From Vulcanimicrobiota bacterium (GTDB taxonomy: Bacteria; Vulcanimicrobiota; Xenobia; Xenobiales; JADMJV01), in NCBI GenBank assembly GCA_050250895.1, contig JBFWNU010000001.1, positions 1,608,008 through 1,672,007 of the forward strand: DNA of 64,000 nt, given 5' to 3'. The number at the start of each line of letters is the position of its first letter. Position 1 is the first letter of the stretch. Both the position numbers and the translations under genes were made by a program. Below the pieces are notes generated by a model, which was not told where the DNA came from, ran no database searches, and saw nothing but the letters and a program-made list of their open reading frames with translations. Shown piece by piece: positions 38,308 through 49,005 of this stretch.

Positions 38308-39429
38308 ATGAAACGATGGATAACGATAATCTCTTTGCTGCTCCTCAGCGCTTGCACTACCGGTGGTAGTGGGGTGGTCGAGGCCGACACCCTCGAGACC
38401 AATTTCGTGCAAACCACGATTCGGCTCGAACGCACTTTTCTCTACGCCCTGGCGGGCTCGAATCTGCACGCCTTTCTGGTCAACCCGGGGGAAGAGATTC
38501 TGGCCCACGGCGAAGCCGACGAAGAAGAGGGCCCCGAGGGCGGCACTCTCGAGGGGTTGGACGGCTCGCCGTTCGACCTGGGAGCGGCGGTGGTCGATGC
38601 GGCTGCGGCCCGCGAGGGACGCTTTCTCTACTTTGCCGATCAGGCCGGGCGGCGCATCCTGGCGTTCGAGGTGAACGGGGCCACCGGTCGCCTGGGGGCC
38701 CTGCCCGGGCTGACCCTCACCCAATCGCCGGCGCGTTTGCTGTCGCTCGGCGAACGACTGATTGCCCTGGGCACTCGCATCACTCTGCTCGAGGTCGATC
38801 AGGCCGGAGGCCTCAGTCAGGTCTCGGAGGACAATCAGGCGGCTACAGCCGGCCTGATAGCCGACGACCTGTTGCTGACCGTCGACAACAACTCTGTGAC
38901 CAGTTGGCGGATCGGTGACAACGGTCTGACCATGCTCGGCATGACCCCGCTGGGCGCGGGCGAGCATCCGGCTCTGCTCTTGCTTGACGATCTGCTCCTG
39001 GTGGCCAATCGCACCACCAGTGTCCTTCATCGAGTGCGGGTGGGACCCAACGGGGGCCTGACCGGGCTAGCCGACTTCGCCTTGCCGGCCGACCAGATGG
39101 GTCCGTCTGACCTGATCGCGTTCGAAGACCGGGTGGTGGTGGCCAACCGCGACAGCGACAATCTGTCGCTGCTCGAAGTCGATCCCCTTACCGGGGACAT
39201 CACCGCTGAGCCGGCACTCGAGAGCGGTGGCTCAGGGCCGGTTCGCCTGATCGGGGCGCTGGACTTTGTCTATGTGGCTCACCAGAACGACGGTGCGGTG
39301 AGCCTGCTCGAGTCTGACGAAGGCGAACTGGAGGTGCATGAGGACACCTTCGAAACCGAACCGGGAGTGGGCCCGCTGGTGTCCATCGACCGGGTCGAGT
39401 CGGTGGAGGTTACTACGCCGATTCAGTAG
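38308..39429 (+). CDS. Lipoprotein, lactonase-like 7-bladed beta-propeller
   Basis: LSAC lipobox; repeats VANRDSDNLSLL, YVAHQNDGAVS, GRFLYFAD. Confidence 0.8.
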   Translation: MKRWITIISLLLLSACTTGGSGVVEADTLETNFVQTTIRLERTFLYALAGSNLHAFLVNPGEEILAHGEADEEEGPEGGTLEGLDGSPFDLGAAVVDAAAAREGRFLYFADQAGRRILAFEVNGATGRLGALPGLTLTQSPARLLSLGERLIALGTRITLLEVDQAGGLSQVSEDNQAATAGLIADDLLLTVDNNSVTSWRIGDNGLTMLGMTPLGAGEHPALLLLDDLLLVANRTTSVLHRVRVGPNGGLTGLADFALPADQMGPSDLIAFEDRVVVANRDSDNLSLLEVDPLTGDITAEPALESGGSGPVRLIGALDFVYVAHQNDGAVSLLESDEGELEVHEDTFETEPGVGPLVSIDRVESVEVTTPIQ

Positions 39430-39489
39430 GTCTATTTCGGCTGGTCCGCCTGGAGTTGGCGGGCCAGCTCGAAATGGGCCTGGGCTGCC

Positions 39490-40944
39490 TCACGCGTTGT
39501 AGGTGCTGGAGGTCACCGCGCCGCCGTGGCCGGTCCAGTCGGTGTGGAAATACTCACCGCGAGCTTTGTCGAGCCGCTCGTAGGTGTGGGCCCCGAAGTA
39601 GTCTCGTTGGGCCTGGAGCAGGTTGGCCGGCAAGCGTTCGCGGCGATAGCCGTCAAAGAAGGCCAGGGCCGAACTCAGCGCTGGCACGCTCACGCCCGCT
39701 TCGACCGCCCGGGCCACCACCCGACGCCAGCTCGCCTGAGCCCCCTCGACCTGTTCTTTGAAATAGGGGTCGAGCAGCAGATTGGTGAGCTTGGGATTCT
39801 GTTCATAGGCGGCCTTGATTTTGCCCAGAAAGGCCGAGCGGATGATGCACCCCTCGCGCCACATCAGGGCGATACCACCATAATTGAGGTTCCAGCCGAA
39901 CTCGGCAGCGGCAGCCCGGAACAGCATGTAACCCTGAGTGTAAGAAATGATCTTGGCCGCATACAGGGCCTGGCTGATATCTTCGAGGAAGGCAGCCCGA
40001 TCGCCAGAGAAACCGGGCTTCGGCCCGCTCAGCAACTTGGCAGCTTGAACCCGCTCGTCTTTTAGGGCCGACAGGCAGCGGCTAAAGACGGCCTCGCCGA
40101 TCAGGGTCAGCGGAATGCCCATATCGAGCGCCGAGACCGCCGTCCATTTGCCGGTGCCCTTCTGGCCCGCGGTGTCGAGGATTTTGTCCACCAGTGGATT
40201 GCCGTCGTCGTCGCGAAAGGCCAGGATCTCGCTGGTGATCTCGACGAGATAAGAGTCGAGCTTGCCCTTGTTCCAGTTGGTGAAAACCTCGCTCATCTCG
40301 GCCGGCGCCATGCCCAGCAGATTGGCCATCAGGTCGTAGGCCTCGCAGATGAGCTGCATATCGCCATACTCGATGCCGTTATGGACCATCTTGACGTAGT
40401 GGCCCGCTCCGCCCTCACCGACCCAGTCGCAACACGGGCTGCCATCGGCAACCTTGGCCGCGATGGCCTGGAAGATCGGCTTGACGTGGGGCCAGGCCTC
40501 GGGCGAGCCACCCGGCATCATGGAAGGGCCGTGTCGGGCACCCTCTTCGCCACCCGAGACGCCGCAGCCGATGTAGAGTAAGCCCTTCTCTTCGAGTTCG
40601 CGATGGCGGCGGATCGAATCTTCGTAGTGCGAATTGCCGCCGTCAATGAGGATGTCGCCGGCTTCGAGTAGAGGCAGAAGCTGGTTGATGACAGCATCGA
40701 CCGGGGCCCCGGCCTTGACCATGATCATCACTCGCCGGGGGCGCTTTAGCTTGGACACTAGCTCTTCAACGGTATGGGCGCCCTGCACCCTGGTGCCTTT
40801 GGCCTCGTTGGCCAGAAATTCGTCGACCTTCGAGGTGGTGCGATTGTAGACGGCCACGGTGTAGCCGTGATCGTCCATGTTGAGCACGAGGTTCTGGCCC
40901 ATTACGGCCAGACCGATAAGACCGATATCCGCTGTTGCTGTCAT
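39490..40944 (-). CDS. gnd: 6-phosphogluconate dehydrogenase, decarboxylating
   Basis: [33 protein letters not shown]; start ATG 40944. Confidence 0.98.
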   Translation of the reverse strand: MTATADIGLIGLAVMGQNLVLNMDDHGYTVAVYNRTTSKVDEFLANEAKGTRVQGAHTVEELVSKLKRPRRVMIMVKAGAPVDAVINQLLPLLEAGDILIDGGNSHYEDSIRRHRELEEKGLLYIGCGVSGGEEGARHGPSMMPGGSPEAWPHVKPIFQAIAAKVADGSPCCDWVGEGGAGHYVKMVHNGIEYGDMQLICEAYDLMANLLGMAPAEMSEVFTNWNKGKLDSYLVEITSEILAFRDDDGNPLVDKILDTAGQKGTGKWTAVSALDMGIPLTLIGEAVFSRCLSALKDERVQAAKLLSGPKPGFSGDRAAFLEDISQALYAAKIISYTQGYMLFRAAAAEFGWNLNYGGIALMWREGCIIRSAFLGKIKAAYEQNPKLTNLLLDPYFKEQVEGAQASWRRVVARAVEAGVSVPALSSALAFFDGYRRERLPANLLQAQRDYFGAHTYERLDKARGEYFHTDWTGHGGAVTSSTYNA

Positions 40945-40999
40945 AGCCGCTCCTTTGCTCGGGAAGGTCGATTCACCTTTTGGCCAGAAAAACGGCGCC

Positions 41000-41671
41000 G
41001 TGGGAAGCTTGTTCAAGAAAAAACCTGAAGAACCCGAGGCGCCGCCAGAGCCCGAGTACAACGGCAATCCGGTGGCCGACCTCAAAGGTCACGCCATCAA
41101 GGCCTTCAAACTGCAACCGCCTTTCACGGGACGCATCGTGGACACTTGTGCCATCAACAAGTTCCCGATCACCGACGACCACCGGGCCGCGGTCGACCTC
41201 GAGCAGGCCTGCTTGCTCTGGATCGCCCTGATTCAGAGTTCGAACACCCGGCTGATGCCGCGCGAACAACTGTATGGCTCGTTGACCCAGGCGCTCGAAG
41301 AGGCCCTGGCCGCTCTCGGCAAAGAGTTCTGGCTGACCTGGCTGCAGCGGGGGGCCGACTGGATCGCCCGCGAGCGTCAAGAAGACGAACTGGAGGAGCG
41401 TTGGGAAGAGTTAGGCATTCCTTTCGACAAGCCCAAGATCCAGGGCCGCTCACGCCGCTTTCACGTCCAGATTCTTTATCGTATGCACAGCGGCTTCCAA
41501 GGCATTTTCCGGGACGGGTATATGGTGCAAGAGCGTATCGAAGCGGCTAGCCGTCCGGTGATCGACCGCCTGTTCTTGCCTGAGGAGCGGCCCCTCGACC
41601 AGTCCGAGGTGATCGAGAATTTCATCCTGCCGGTCATCCAGCGAACCCTTGACGGCCGCATTCCGGAGTAG
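41000..41671 (+). CDS. Hypothetical protein
   Basis: GC3-biased ORF divergent from gnd; start uncertain. Confidence 0.65.
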   Translation: MGSLFKKKPEEPEAPPEPEYNGNPVADLKGHAIKAFKLQPPFTGRIVDTCAINKFPITDDHRAAVDLEQACLLWIALIQSSNTRLMPREQLYGSLTQALEEALAALGKEFWLTWLQRGADWIARERQEDELEERWEELGIPFDKPKIQGRSRRFHVQILYRMHSGFQGIFRDGYMVQERIEAASRPVIDRLFLPEERPLDQSEVIENFILPVIQRTLDGRIPE

Positions 41672-41676
41672 CATTG

Positions 41677-42135
41677 ATGTCCAAGGTCGAGATCCGCAAA
41701 TTCGAACGACAGCCGGTGGTTTCCATTCGGTGCCAAACTACCATGGCCCAGCTATCGGCCAGTTTTGGCGAGATTCTGCCCCGGGTCTTTCAAGAGCTGC
41801 AGGCTCGAGGGGCGGCACCGGCGGGGGCGCCTTTCGGTCGCTACCATGCCTTTTCTCCCGATTCGATCGACCTCGAGGCGGGTTTGCCCGTGACCGAGGC
41901 GCCGACGGTCGACCCCCCGTTACAGGCCAGCGAGCTGCCGGCTTGCGAGGCCGCCGTGCTGGTGCATCTGGGTCCCTACGACAATCTGAAGGCGACCTAT
42001 GACGCGCTGGAAGCGTGGTTCAAAGAGCACGGTCGTAGCCAGGGCGGCGCGCCCTGGGAGGTCTACCTGACCGACCCCGGGTCAGAGCCCGACTCTTCCA
42101 GGTGGAAGACCGAAGTCATCTGGCCGCTCGCCTGA
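41677..42135 (+). CDS. GyrI-like small-molecule-binding protein
   Basis: HLGPYDNL..Y..L..W, PWEVYLTDP..WKTEVIWPL. Confidence 0.9.
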   Translation: MSKVEIRKFERQPVVSIRCQTTMAQLSASFGEILPRVFQELQARGAAPAGAPFGRYHAFSPDSIDLEAGLPVTEAPTVDPPLQASELPACEAAVLVHLGPYDNLKATYDALEAWFKEHGRSQGGAPWEVYLTDPGSEPDSSRWKTEVIWPLA

Positions 42136-42144
42136 ACCGAGCTG

Positions 42145-45100
42145 TTACGGCATTTCCAATAGGCCAACTCCCTGCCCGAAGTCGACTACCAATTCTGTCT
42201 TTGACCCGGCCAGCCCGCTGGCCATCAGTCCGGCATCGCGGGCGTCGAGGAGTGTAGCCTCGACTCGTTCACCATCAATCCGAACGATCAGGCCCCAGGG
42301 ATGGGCCAGGAAGTAGGGTCCGTTGGGCTGAGGTTCTAGCCGCTCGACGTGAGCCAGAGCGCGGGGTAAAGGGCGCTCGACCCATTGCTCGTTTTGTCGC
42401 CAAAACACTTTGGTGGGCTTGGGTTCTGGCGCCTCACCGTTGAGAAGGTCCAGGCTGGAGAAGTTCTCGTTCTGGTTGCAGGTCAGTTGGAGAATTCCAT
42501 CAACCACCGAGAGGGTCCCGGTCAGTCCCTCGGGGGTGTCGACTTTTGCGCTTCGACCACTTTTGAGGTCCAGTCGTCGCAATCCGTCGTCGAACCACCA
42601 GGCCTGATTGTCCACCAGGATTGGCTGGGACCAACCTTGATACTCTATTGGTTGAGGTGGAGCAGGTGGCGAGCCCGGCTGCCAAAAGCGAAGATTCGAC
42701 CCGCCGAGCCAGAAGCCCGATTTGTCCGGAAGACACCAGGCCAGTTCTTCGCTGCTTGCTCCCAACTCTTCCCCATGTTGCCAGTCGTCTTGTTCTGGAC
42801 GATAGCGCCAAAGTTGCTGAAACTCCGGTCCGTTGTGCATCACCCAGGCATCCTCTCCCAGGCAAAACCCTCTCGTGTCATCGTCTTCTCCGAGGAGAGG
42901 TAAATGGCGACCTCGGTGCCAGCCTGACTTCCAGAACCAGAAGCCGGTGTCGGTCAGGGCTGCCGGGTGGGGAGAGAAGAGAGTCAAGACGAATTCTCCA
43001 TCCAACGGGGCCAAGTTGGGTCGAGCCACCCGCCAGTGCCAATCCCGACTGCCTTCCAGAGCCTGCTGGCAGAGTTTGACGGCTTGCTTGTCCTGACCCT
43101 TCACCAGCAACTGCCGGATCCGCAAGGCTCGGTGGGATGGGTTGCTGCCGGCCAAACCGTCCGGCTGTTCTGGTTCGGCGAATTGGCTTAGATAGGCTGA
43201 GGTAACCCGAGCCCGGGCCAGCCGAGCCAACCTGTCGGTCTCGTCCGGCAGCGAAAGCAGTGGGCGATCACTTGTTTTGAGGTCTTCTCCCAGGCAGAGC
43301 CAGGCTGCGGCTCGATGGCGAGGGTCGTTTTCCTTAAGCCAGCGTTCAACCACCAGACGGGCCGCCTCAGGACGATGGTGAACGAGCGTCCATAGGGCCA
43401 CCCCAGCCACGGTGGGATGCTGAGCCGAGGTGAGGGACTCGACCGTGTTCAGCAGACCTGGCGACGGACTCCTCAGTCTTCGTAGGGCCAGACAGGCCGC
43501 TACCACCAGCGACGGGTTTTTATCGGTCAACCAGGCGCTCCAGGCCGGGTTGTCTCCCCAGTCGAGTCCTCTGAGCGCCTCGGAAAGATCGCCTGGCTTT
43601 TCGGCCCCGAGTCGTCGAGCCAGCGAGGGAAGATACTCCTCTGGGCCGAGTTCGCTTTCCCGAAAGTGCAGGCGCAGCAGATATTCCAGCTCAAAGGCTG
43701 AAGCTTGATGAACTAACGGCTCGATGGCCTGTCGTGAGGTCCAGGTGGCCAACGCCCCGGCCCGGTCTTGGCCTCGGACGTCGACCTCGACTACGGCGGC
43801 GCCTAGCTCGTCGTTGTCGTCGATGGAGATTGCGAAGACGCTCTCCAGAGCGGCTTCTCGAACGCTCACGTCGGGGTCGGCCAGGCCCGCCAACAGAGCG
43901 CGGTGGGCCGGCTCTTGGGGGCCTTGCCATTGGCTCAGTTGTAGGAAAAATTGGCGGCGAAATTCAGGATCGGGATCTTGCCACAGCGCGGGCAGGCGCG
44001 CTGCCAGACGGTCCCCACCCAGTCGGCAGAAAGCTGCCAGAATGGGGATTCGGTCCTGCTCTGAAGCGAGCGCTTCCTCTACCACCTCGGCTGCCCGGCC
44101 GTAATCGAGCGCCCCGGCCAGCTCGGCGGCCCTGGTCCGGTTCGCTGGCTCGGGGTCCTCTCGCATGACCGTCAGCAGAATTGGAAGCATCTCCAGGCTC
44201 GGTTCTTCCAGTTCGTTGAGCACCATCGTTCTCGCCAGGCAGTGGGGGCCGGCGAGGGTTTCTCTGATGCGCTCACGAGCCTGAGGATCAGGCAGCCGTG
44301 CTAGTGCGCTCAGGACCGCCGCCCGAGCATAGGCGGCGGGGTGGCGGCTGGCGACCAGCAGAGCCTGAAGGTTCTCCGAATCGGCCAAAAAATGGGCCAC
44401 GCTGGCTACCACCTCGGGATCGGGGTCTGCGAGGGAACTCTCTATGGACTCTTCGAGCACTTCTTGCTGGGCCACTCGGGCGGCCCAGGCCCGCAGCTCA
44501 GGGTCGGAGTGCCGTAACAGTTCAGCCGCCTTCTGGCGGGCCTCAGGACGGTCCATCTGAGCAATTTGGCAGGCTGCCAGGTTTCGCAAACTGGCTCGTG
44601 GACTGGCCAACCACATAGACAGACCCTCAACGCCTCCCTGGTTAAGCCTGGCCAGAGCGGTAGCCGCCCGCGAGGCCTGTTTCCCACCTTCGAAACCTCG
44701 CGTCGCCAGCGCCGGGCCGAGGGTCAGGCTGGTTACCTCGCTCCCCGCTCTCCAGGCTTCGGCTCGCACCGAGTAGTCGTCATCCATCGAGAGAGTAGCC
44801 AGAGCCTCCATCGCGGCTGGGGCTGAAAGCGCCCCCAAAGCCCGCGCGGCTGCGACGCGGCTGGTGGTCGAGGTAGAGGCGGCAAGCTCCAACAGCTCTG
44901 AAAGGCTATCCTCAGGAGCCACCCGGGCCAGGGCCCAGGCGAGGGCCGATAGGGTTTTGGGGTCACTCGGCAGCTTCTTCTCCCTTTGAAACCTCCGTCG
45001 TATCGGACCGCTCGCCTCAGCGGCACGTAAAATCCCCAGGGCCTCGATGGCAATCCTCCCGGAATCGGGAGAGTCAATCTGGGCCAGCAAATCTCCCACC

Positions 45101-47049
45101 GCGACCAGTTGCAGCGAGGACAGGGCCGCGTTTGCCTGCTCCTGGGCCTCGGCCAGACTGTTGCCCGGTCCCATGTACATCAACACGAGAGCCTCCTGGT
45201 CCCGCAGCACCAGAGCGGCCACGCCACATACCGGATCCTGATTGACGTGTCCTTCGAAGGTCAACTTCCTGGCCGGTGTGCCGGCCAATTCCAGGTCCTC
45301 AACCTCTACTTGCTTGTAGCCCCGAACGATGTTGGCCAGTTGGACTTCAGAGGCGCGTTGGTAATCATCCAGGCTTACCTTCATCGGCAGACTTTCGGCC
45401 ACGGCCACGGCTGTTCCGTGCGGGCCTATCATCGCGTAGAGGACGACCGGGTTGCGCTCGGCCAGATAGGAAGAGAAGGACCATTGGGCGGAGGGAAGGC
45501 GAGCGATCAACCCACGGCCCGGATCAACAAAGACTCCGCCTTCGACTCGTGGCCGAGCGGGGTCGCGGTGACCGTCCCCCAGTTCTTGCTCGGCTATTCG
45601 GGCCGAGAGCACACGCGCTTGCAAACCCGTAGGAATCGAGACCTGAGCGAGTTCTGACGCGGCTTGAGCCTCGGCCAGCTTGAGGTAGGTCGAAGGCAGG
45701 CCCACCGAGCCCACGGAGGGATCCACTGGCACCCAACCGTCGCCCAGCCAGACTTCACTCCACTGATGCCAGACCAGATGCTCGATGCCGTCGAAAGCCA
45801 GGCCCACACAAATGCGGGTGGGGATGCCACTCGACCTGGCCAGGGCGGCAAAGAGCAGGGAGTGCTCGGTACAGTCTCCTTCTCGACTGCGCAGGGTCTC
45901 CTCAGCCGAAGCGTAATGGACGCGATAGCCTTTTTGCTGAATGTTCTCGAAAACCCAACGGGCCAACTTCTCGCTGGCGGCCCGGGCCGAGGTCTCGGAA
46001 CCCACCACCTCTCTGGCGGTGGCTCCGATTTCGGGGGCCGTGGACTGGATGAAGGTGGTTGGCTCGAGGTAGGGTGATAACTCGGGAGCCAGCGGTTGGT
46101 CCAGGCTCTGGTCGCCCTGGGAATTGTCCGAGCGAGTCAGTCTGACACGCAGAGCGTGACCGGTCTTTTGGAACGACTGGTAGGGGCCATCGGGGAACTC
46201 AGGCAGACCGCCCTCCATCGTCAGGGACAAGGTTAATTCGTCGAGTTCACGAGCCCGTGGAATGCCTCCATCCACCGGGACCGACATCAGCCGAAGGACA
46301 TCCCCCGCCGTATCCATGGTCAGGGCTTGCTCGCGATCGCAACGCTCGAAGCGCATACCAACGTCTTCCATGAGCATTCGGACGAGATGGCCGTCGAGAT
46401 CAAGCCACATTGAGACCGTCCGACTTCCACGCACCAAATCCACCACGGCGACCTCGCGCGACTCGCCCTGAATGCTCGCCAAGCGACGGGCGACCACCTC
46501 GCAATGGCCCGCGCGCTCCAGGCCTTCCTCGTGATCGTATTCTAGATAGTCTTCTCGATCACCGACTCTGTACCCGCGTTCTTCCAGGGCGAGCAGCGCC
46601 AATTCACTGTCGGCATTCGAGTTCTTTCGTTGATAGCTGCGACGCTTGCTGGGGCCGGTTTCTCTGCCCTGACTGTCGACCAGTCGCACGACTTCGTGTA
46701 CGGTGTCTCCCAGGAAGCGTTGCTCGGTAATCAATATCTCTCCGTCGGACTCTTGCTGACGCTCCTCGCGAAACAGCGGAGTGCCGTTCTCGCCGTCTAG
46801 CAGAACCAGGGTGGTCTGCTTGCGTGAGGTTTGGTCGGTGCCTCGTTGTAGCAGCGTCTCTGCCTCACTATAGCGTCGAAACACTTGACGTCCCTCAAAA
46901 CTCGTCTCGCTACGCTCCTCCTGAATTCTGAGGTAGCCTACCTTACGTGAGAAAAGATAGATTTCGAACCAGGTGTCGCTGGGCGGAGCAGCGTTTGCCG
47001 CCGAACACACGATGAGAAGGCAGAGCGCGAGCTGGACAAGGCGAGTCAT
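42145..47049 (-). CDS. Large exported transglutaminase-like protein with HEAT repeats and C-terminal beta-rich domain
   Basis: Signal peptide; GDCTEHS..WHQWSEVW..WVPVDP Cys-His-Asp triad; many HEAT-like repeats (DPDVSVREAALE). Confidence 0.85.
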   Translation of the reverse strand: MTRLVQLALCLLIVCSAANAAPPSDTWFEIYLFSRKVGYLRIQEERSETSFEGRQVFRRYSEAETLLQRGTDQTSRKQTTLVLLDGENGTPLFREERQQESDGEILITEQRFLGDTVHEVVRLVDSQGRETGPSKRRSYQRKNSNADSELALLALEERGYRVGDREDYLEYDHEEGLERAGHCEVVARRLASIQGESREVAVVDLVRGSRTVSMWLDLDGHLVRMLMEDVGMRFERCDREQALTMDTAGDVLRLMSVPVDGGIPRARELDELTLSLTMEGGLPEFPDGPYQSFQKTGHALRVRLTRSDNSQGDQSLDQPLAPELSPYLEPTTFIQSTAPEIGATAREVVGSETSARAASEKLARWVFENIQQKGYRVHYASAEETLRSREGDCTEHSLLFAALARSSGIPTRICVGLAFDGIEHLVWHQWSEVWLGDGWVPVDPSVGSVGLPSTYLKLAEAQAASELAQVSIPTGLQARVLSARIAEQELGDGHRDPARPRVEGGVFVDPGRGLIARLPSAQWSFSSYLAERNPVVLYAMIGPHGTAVAVAESLPMKVSLDDYQRASEVQLANIVRGYKQVEVEDLELAGTPARKLTFEGHVNQDPVCGVAALVLRDQEALVLMYMGPGNSLAEAQEQANAALSSLQLVAVGDLLAQIDSPDSGRIAIEALGILRAAEASGPIRRRFQREKKLPSDPKTLSALAWALARVAPEDSLSELLELAASTSTTSRVAAARALGALSAPAAMEALATLSMDDDYSVRAEAWRAGSEVTSLTLGPALATRGFEGGKQASRAATALARLNQGGVEGLSMWLASPRASLRNLAACQIAQMDRPEARQKAAELLRHSDPELRAWAARVAQQEVLEESIESSLADPDPEVVASVAHFLADSENLQALLVASRHPAAYARAAVLSALARLPDPQARERIRETLAGPHCLARTMVLNELEEPSLEMLPILLTVMREDPEPANRTRAAELAGALDYGRAAEVVEEALASEQDRIPILAAFCRLGGDRLAARLPALWQDPDPEFRRQFFLQLSQWQGPQEPAHRALLAGLADPDVSVREAALESVFAISIDDNDELGAAVVEVDVRGQDRAGALATWTSRQAIEPLVHQASAFELEYLLRLHFRESELGPEEYLPSLARRLGAEKPGDLSEALRGLDWGDNPAWSAWLTDKNPSLVVAACLALRRLRSPSPGLLNTVESLTSAQHPTVAGVALWTLVHHRPEAARLVVERWLKENDPRHRAAAWLCLGEDLKTSDRPLLSLPDETDRLARLARARVTSAYLSQFAEPEQPDGLAGSNPSHRALRIRQLLVKGQDKQAVKLCQQALEGSRDWHWRVARPNLAPLDGEFVLTLFSPHPAALTDTGFWFWKSGWHRGRHLPLLGEDDDTRGFCLGEDAWVMHNGPEFQQLWRYRPEQDDWQHGEELGASSEELAWCLPDKSGFWLGGSNLRFWQPGSPPAPPQPIEYQGWSQPILVDNQAWWFDDGLRRLDLKSGRSAKVDTPEGLTGTLSVVDGILQLTCNQNENFSSLDLLNGEAPEPKPTKVFWRQNEQWVERPLPRALAHVERLEPQPNGPYFLAHPWGLIVRIDGERVEATLLDARDAGLMASGLAGSKTELVVDFGQGVGLLEMP

Positions 47050-47164
47050 GGCGATAGTTTCGCATGGGATTTAGAGGTATCCTTTCGTCTTTAGTGCCTG
47101 GCTGAAGGGTAAGTCAGGTTCTTCCTGAGGGAGTCGGTCGTTAAGGCGTAGAATTGCCGCTCCG

Positions 47165-48280
47165 ATGGAGCAGTTGGATGTCAATGCCTACTACGCCCTG
47201 GGCATACCGGCCTATTTTCTGCTGATCGCCTGGGAGGTCTGGGCCACCCGTCGCCAGGGCCTGAAGGTCTACGGTTTTGCCGACACGATCTGCAACATCA
47301 GCGGCGGCATGGGCGAGATTATGATCGGGTTCTTCATCGGCCCCTACCTCTTCTGGCTCTACGCCTGGGCCTATGACCACTTCGCCCTGATCCGTTGGCC
47401 CGACCACTCCTGGGTGCCGTGGGCGCTGGCCCTCTTCGGAGGCGACTTCTGCTATTACCTCTACCATCGCGCCGGCCACGCCGTGGCCTGTCTGTGGGCT
47501 ATCCACGGAGTCCATCATCAGGCCGAAGAGATGAACGTGACGGTGGCCATGCGCCACCCCTGGTTTTCGGACCTCTACTCGGTCTTCTTCTACGCTCCCC
47601 TCCCCTTGCTGGGCATCCCGCCGCTGCACTTTTTCGTCTGCATCGCCATCATCTCGTTCTATGCCCTGTTGGTCCACTCGAGGGTGTTCCATCGCCCCGG
47701 CTTCTATCTGCTGGTGACTCCCGCCACCCATATCGTCCATCACGCCACCAACCCGCGTTATCTCGGCAAGAACCTGGGCGCCATGTTCACCATCTGGGAC
47801 CGACTTTTTGGCACTCACGTCGAACTCGACCCCGACGACCCGCCGGTGCTGGGCACTCGGCGCGGCTACGAGACCCACAGCGGCGCTCGGTCGCAGTGGA
47901 TCTTCTTTCGTGATCTCCTGGCGGCGGCCCGCCAGGCCGACAACTGGAGAGACCGCTTCTGGGTGTTCTTTGGCCATCCAGGCTGGTTGCCCCCCGGGGC
48001 CTCGCTGCCAGCCACCCATCCGCCTCCGGCCGACCGCGAGATAGGCTGGCTGACCAAGAGCTATGTCATGCTGCAGTATGTTCCGATGGCTCTGTTTTCG
48101 TTGATGATCGTGGCTCAGCGCGAGCTGTTTAGCGCCGGTCTGGTAGCGGTCGTGGCCGTCTTCTACTTCTGGGGATTGGCTACTCTGGGTGGCATGCTCG
48201 ACGGCAGTCGCCCGGCCCGGCGCTGGGAGGCGGCCAGGCTGGTCACCGGCGCCCTGGTCGTCTGTTTTTGGATCGCTTGA
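47165..48280 (+). CDS. Sterol desaturase/fatty acid hydroxylase family (alkylglycerol monooxygenase-like)
   Basis: His boxes YLYHRAGH, IHGVHH, HIVHH; NLGAMFTIWDRLFGT. Confidence 0.9.
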   Translation: MEQLDVNAYYALGIPAYFLLIAWEVWATRRQGLKVYGFADTICNISGGMGEIMIGFFIGPYLFWLYAWAYDHFALIRWPDHSWVPWALALFGGDFCYYLYHRAGHAVACLWAIHGVHHQAEEMNVTVAMRHPWFSDLYSVFFYAPLPLLGIPPLHFFVCIAIISFYALLVHSRVFHRPGFYLLVTPATHIVHHATNPRYLGKNLGAMFTIWDRLFGTHVELDPDDPPVLGTRRGYETHSGARSQWIFFRDLLAAARQADNWRDRFWVFFGHPGWLPPGASLPATHPPPADREIGWLTKSYVMLQYVPMALFSLMIVAQRELFSAGLVAVVAVFYFWGLATLGGMLDGSRPARRWEAARLVTGALVVCFWIA

Positions 48281-49005
48281 TGAGCGAGGTGGTGGGGGTC
48301 GAGAATCTCAGCGTCGACTTCGGGCGCGGACCGGTTCTCGATCAGGTCTCGTTTAGCCTCACGGGCCCCGGCTTCGTGGGGATTCTAGGTCCCAACGGGG
48401 CCGGCAAGACCACCCTTTTGAGTGTGCTCGAAGGCCTGCAGCGGCCCTCGGGCGGAGTGGTTCGGCTCTTTGGCCAGAATTTGGCCGGGGTCGCCTATCC
48501 CCGCCATCGCACCGGGGTGGTGCTGCAAAAAGAATGCGCCTTCGAGGGCATTCGTGTCGGTGAGTATGCCGAGCTGTTTGCAGCCCTGTATGGGGTTGAG
48601 CGCGGACAAGAGCGGATCTTGGCCGAGGCCGAACTCGCTCACCGGGACACTTTGCCGCTGGCGCGCCTTTCGGGCGGCGAGGCCCAGCGACTGTTTCTGG
48701 CCGCCGCCACGGTCCACCAACCGGAGCTGGTCTTTCTTGACGAGCCGACCGCTCACCTCGACCCCGATAGCCGGCGCGAGGCGGGTCGTCGGCTGCGAAG
48801 CCTGGCCGAAAGTCGCACGGTGGTGATGACCACTCACGACTTGCGCGAGGCTCAGGAGCTTTTCGACCAGGCGATCTTTCTCGTCGAGGGCAGGGTCCGG
48901 GCTCAGGGCACGGTCGAGAGTCTACGCCATGGCTTTGAAACCCTGGAAGAGGCGTTCATCGCTCGCTGCAGCGTGCGCATCGGCCCTCGAGGCGACCAGC
49001 ATTGA
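48280..49005 (+). CDS. ABC transporter ATP-binding protein
   Basis: GPNGAGKTT, LSGGE, FLDEPT, TTH. Confidence 0.93.
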   Translation: MSEVVGVENLSVDFGRGPVLDQVSFSLTGPGFVGILGPNGAGKTTLLSVLEGLQRPSGGVVRLFGQNLAGVAYPRHRTGVVLQKECAFEGIRVGEYAELFAALYGVERGQERILAEAELAHRDTLPLARLSGGEAQRLFLAAATVHQPELVFLDEPTAHLDPDSRREAGRRLRSLAESRTVVMTTHDLREAQELFDQAIFLVEGRVRAQGTVESLRHGFETLEEAFIARCSVRIGPRGDQH

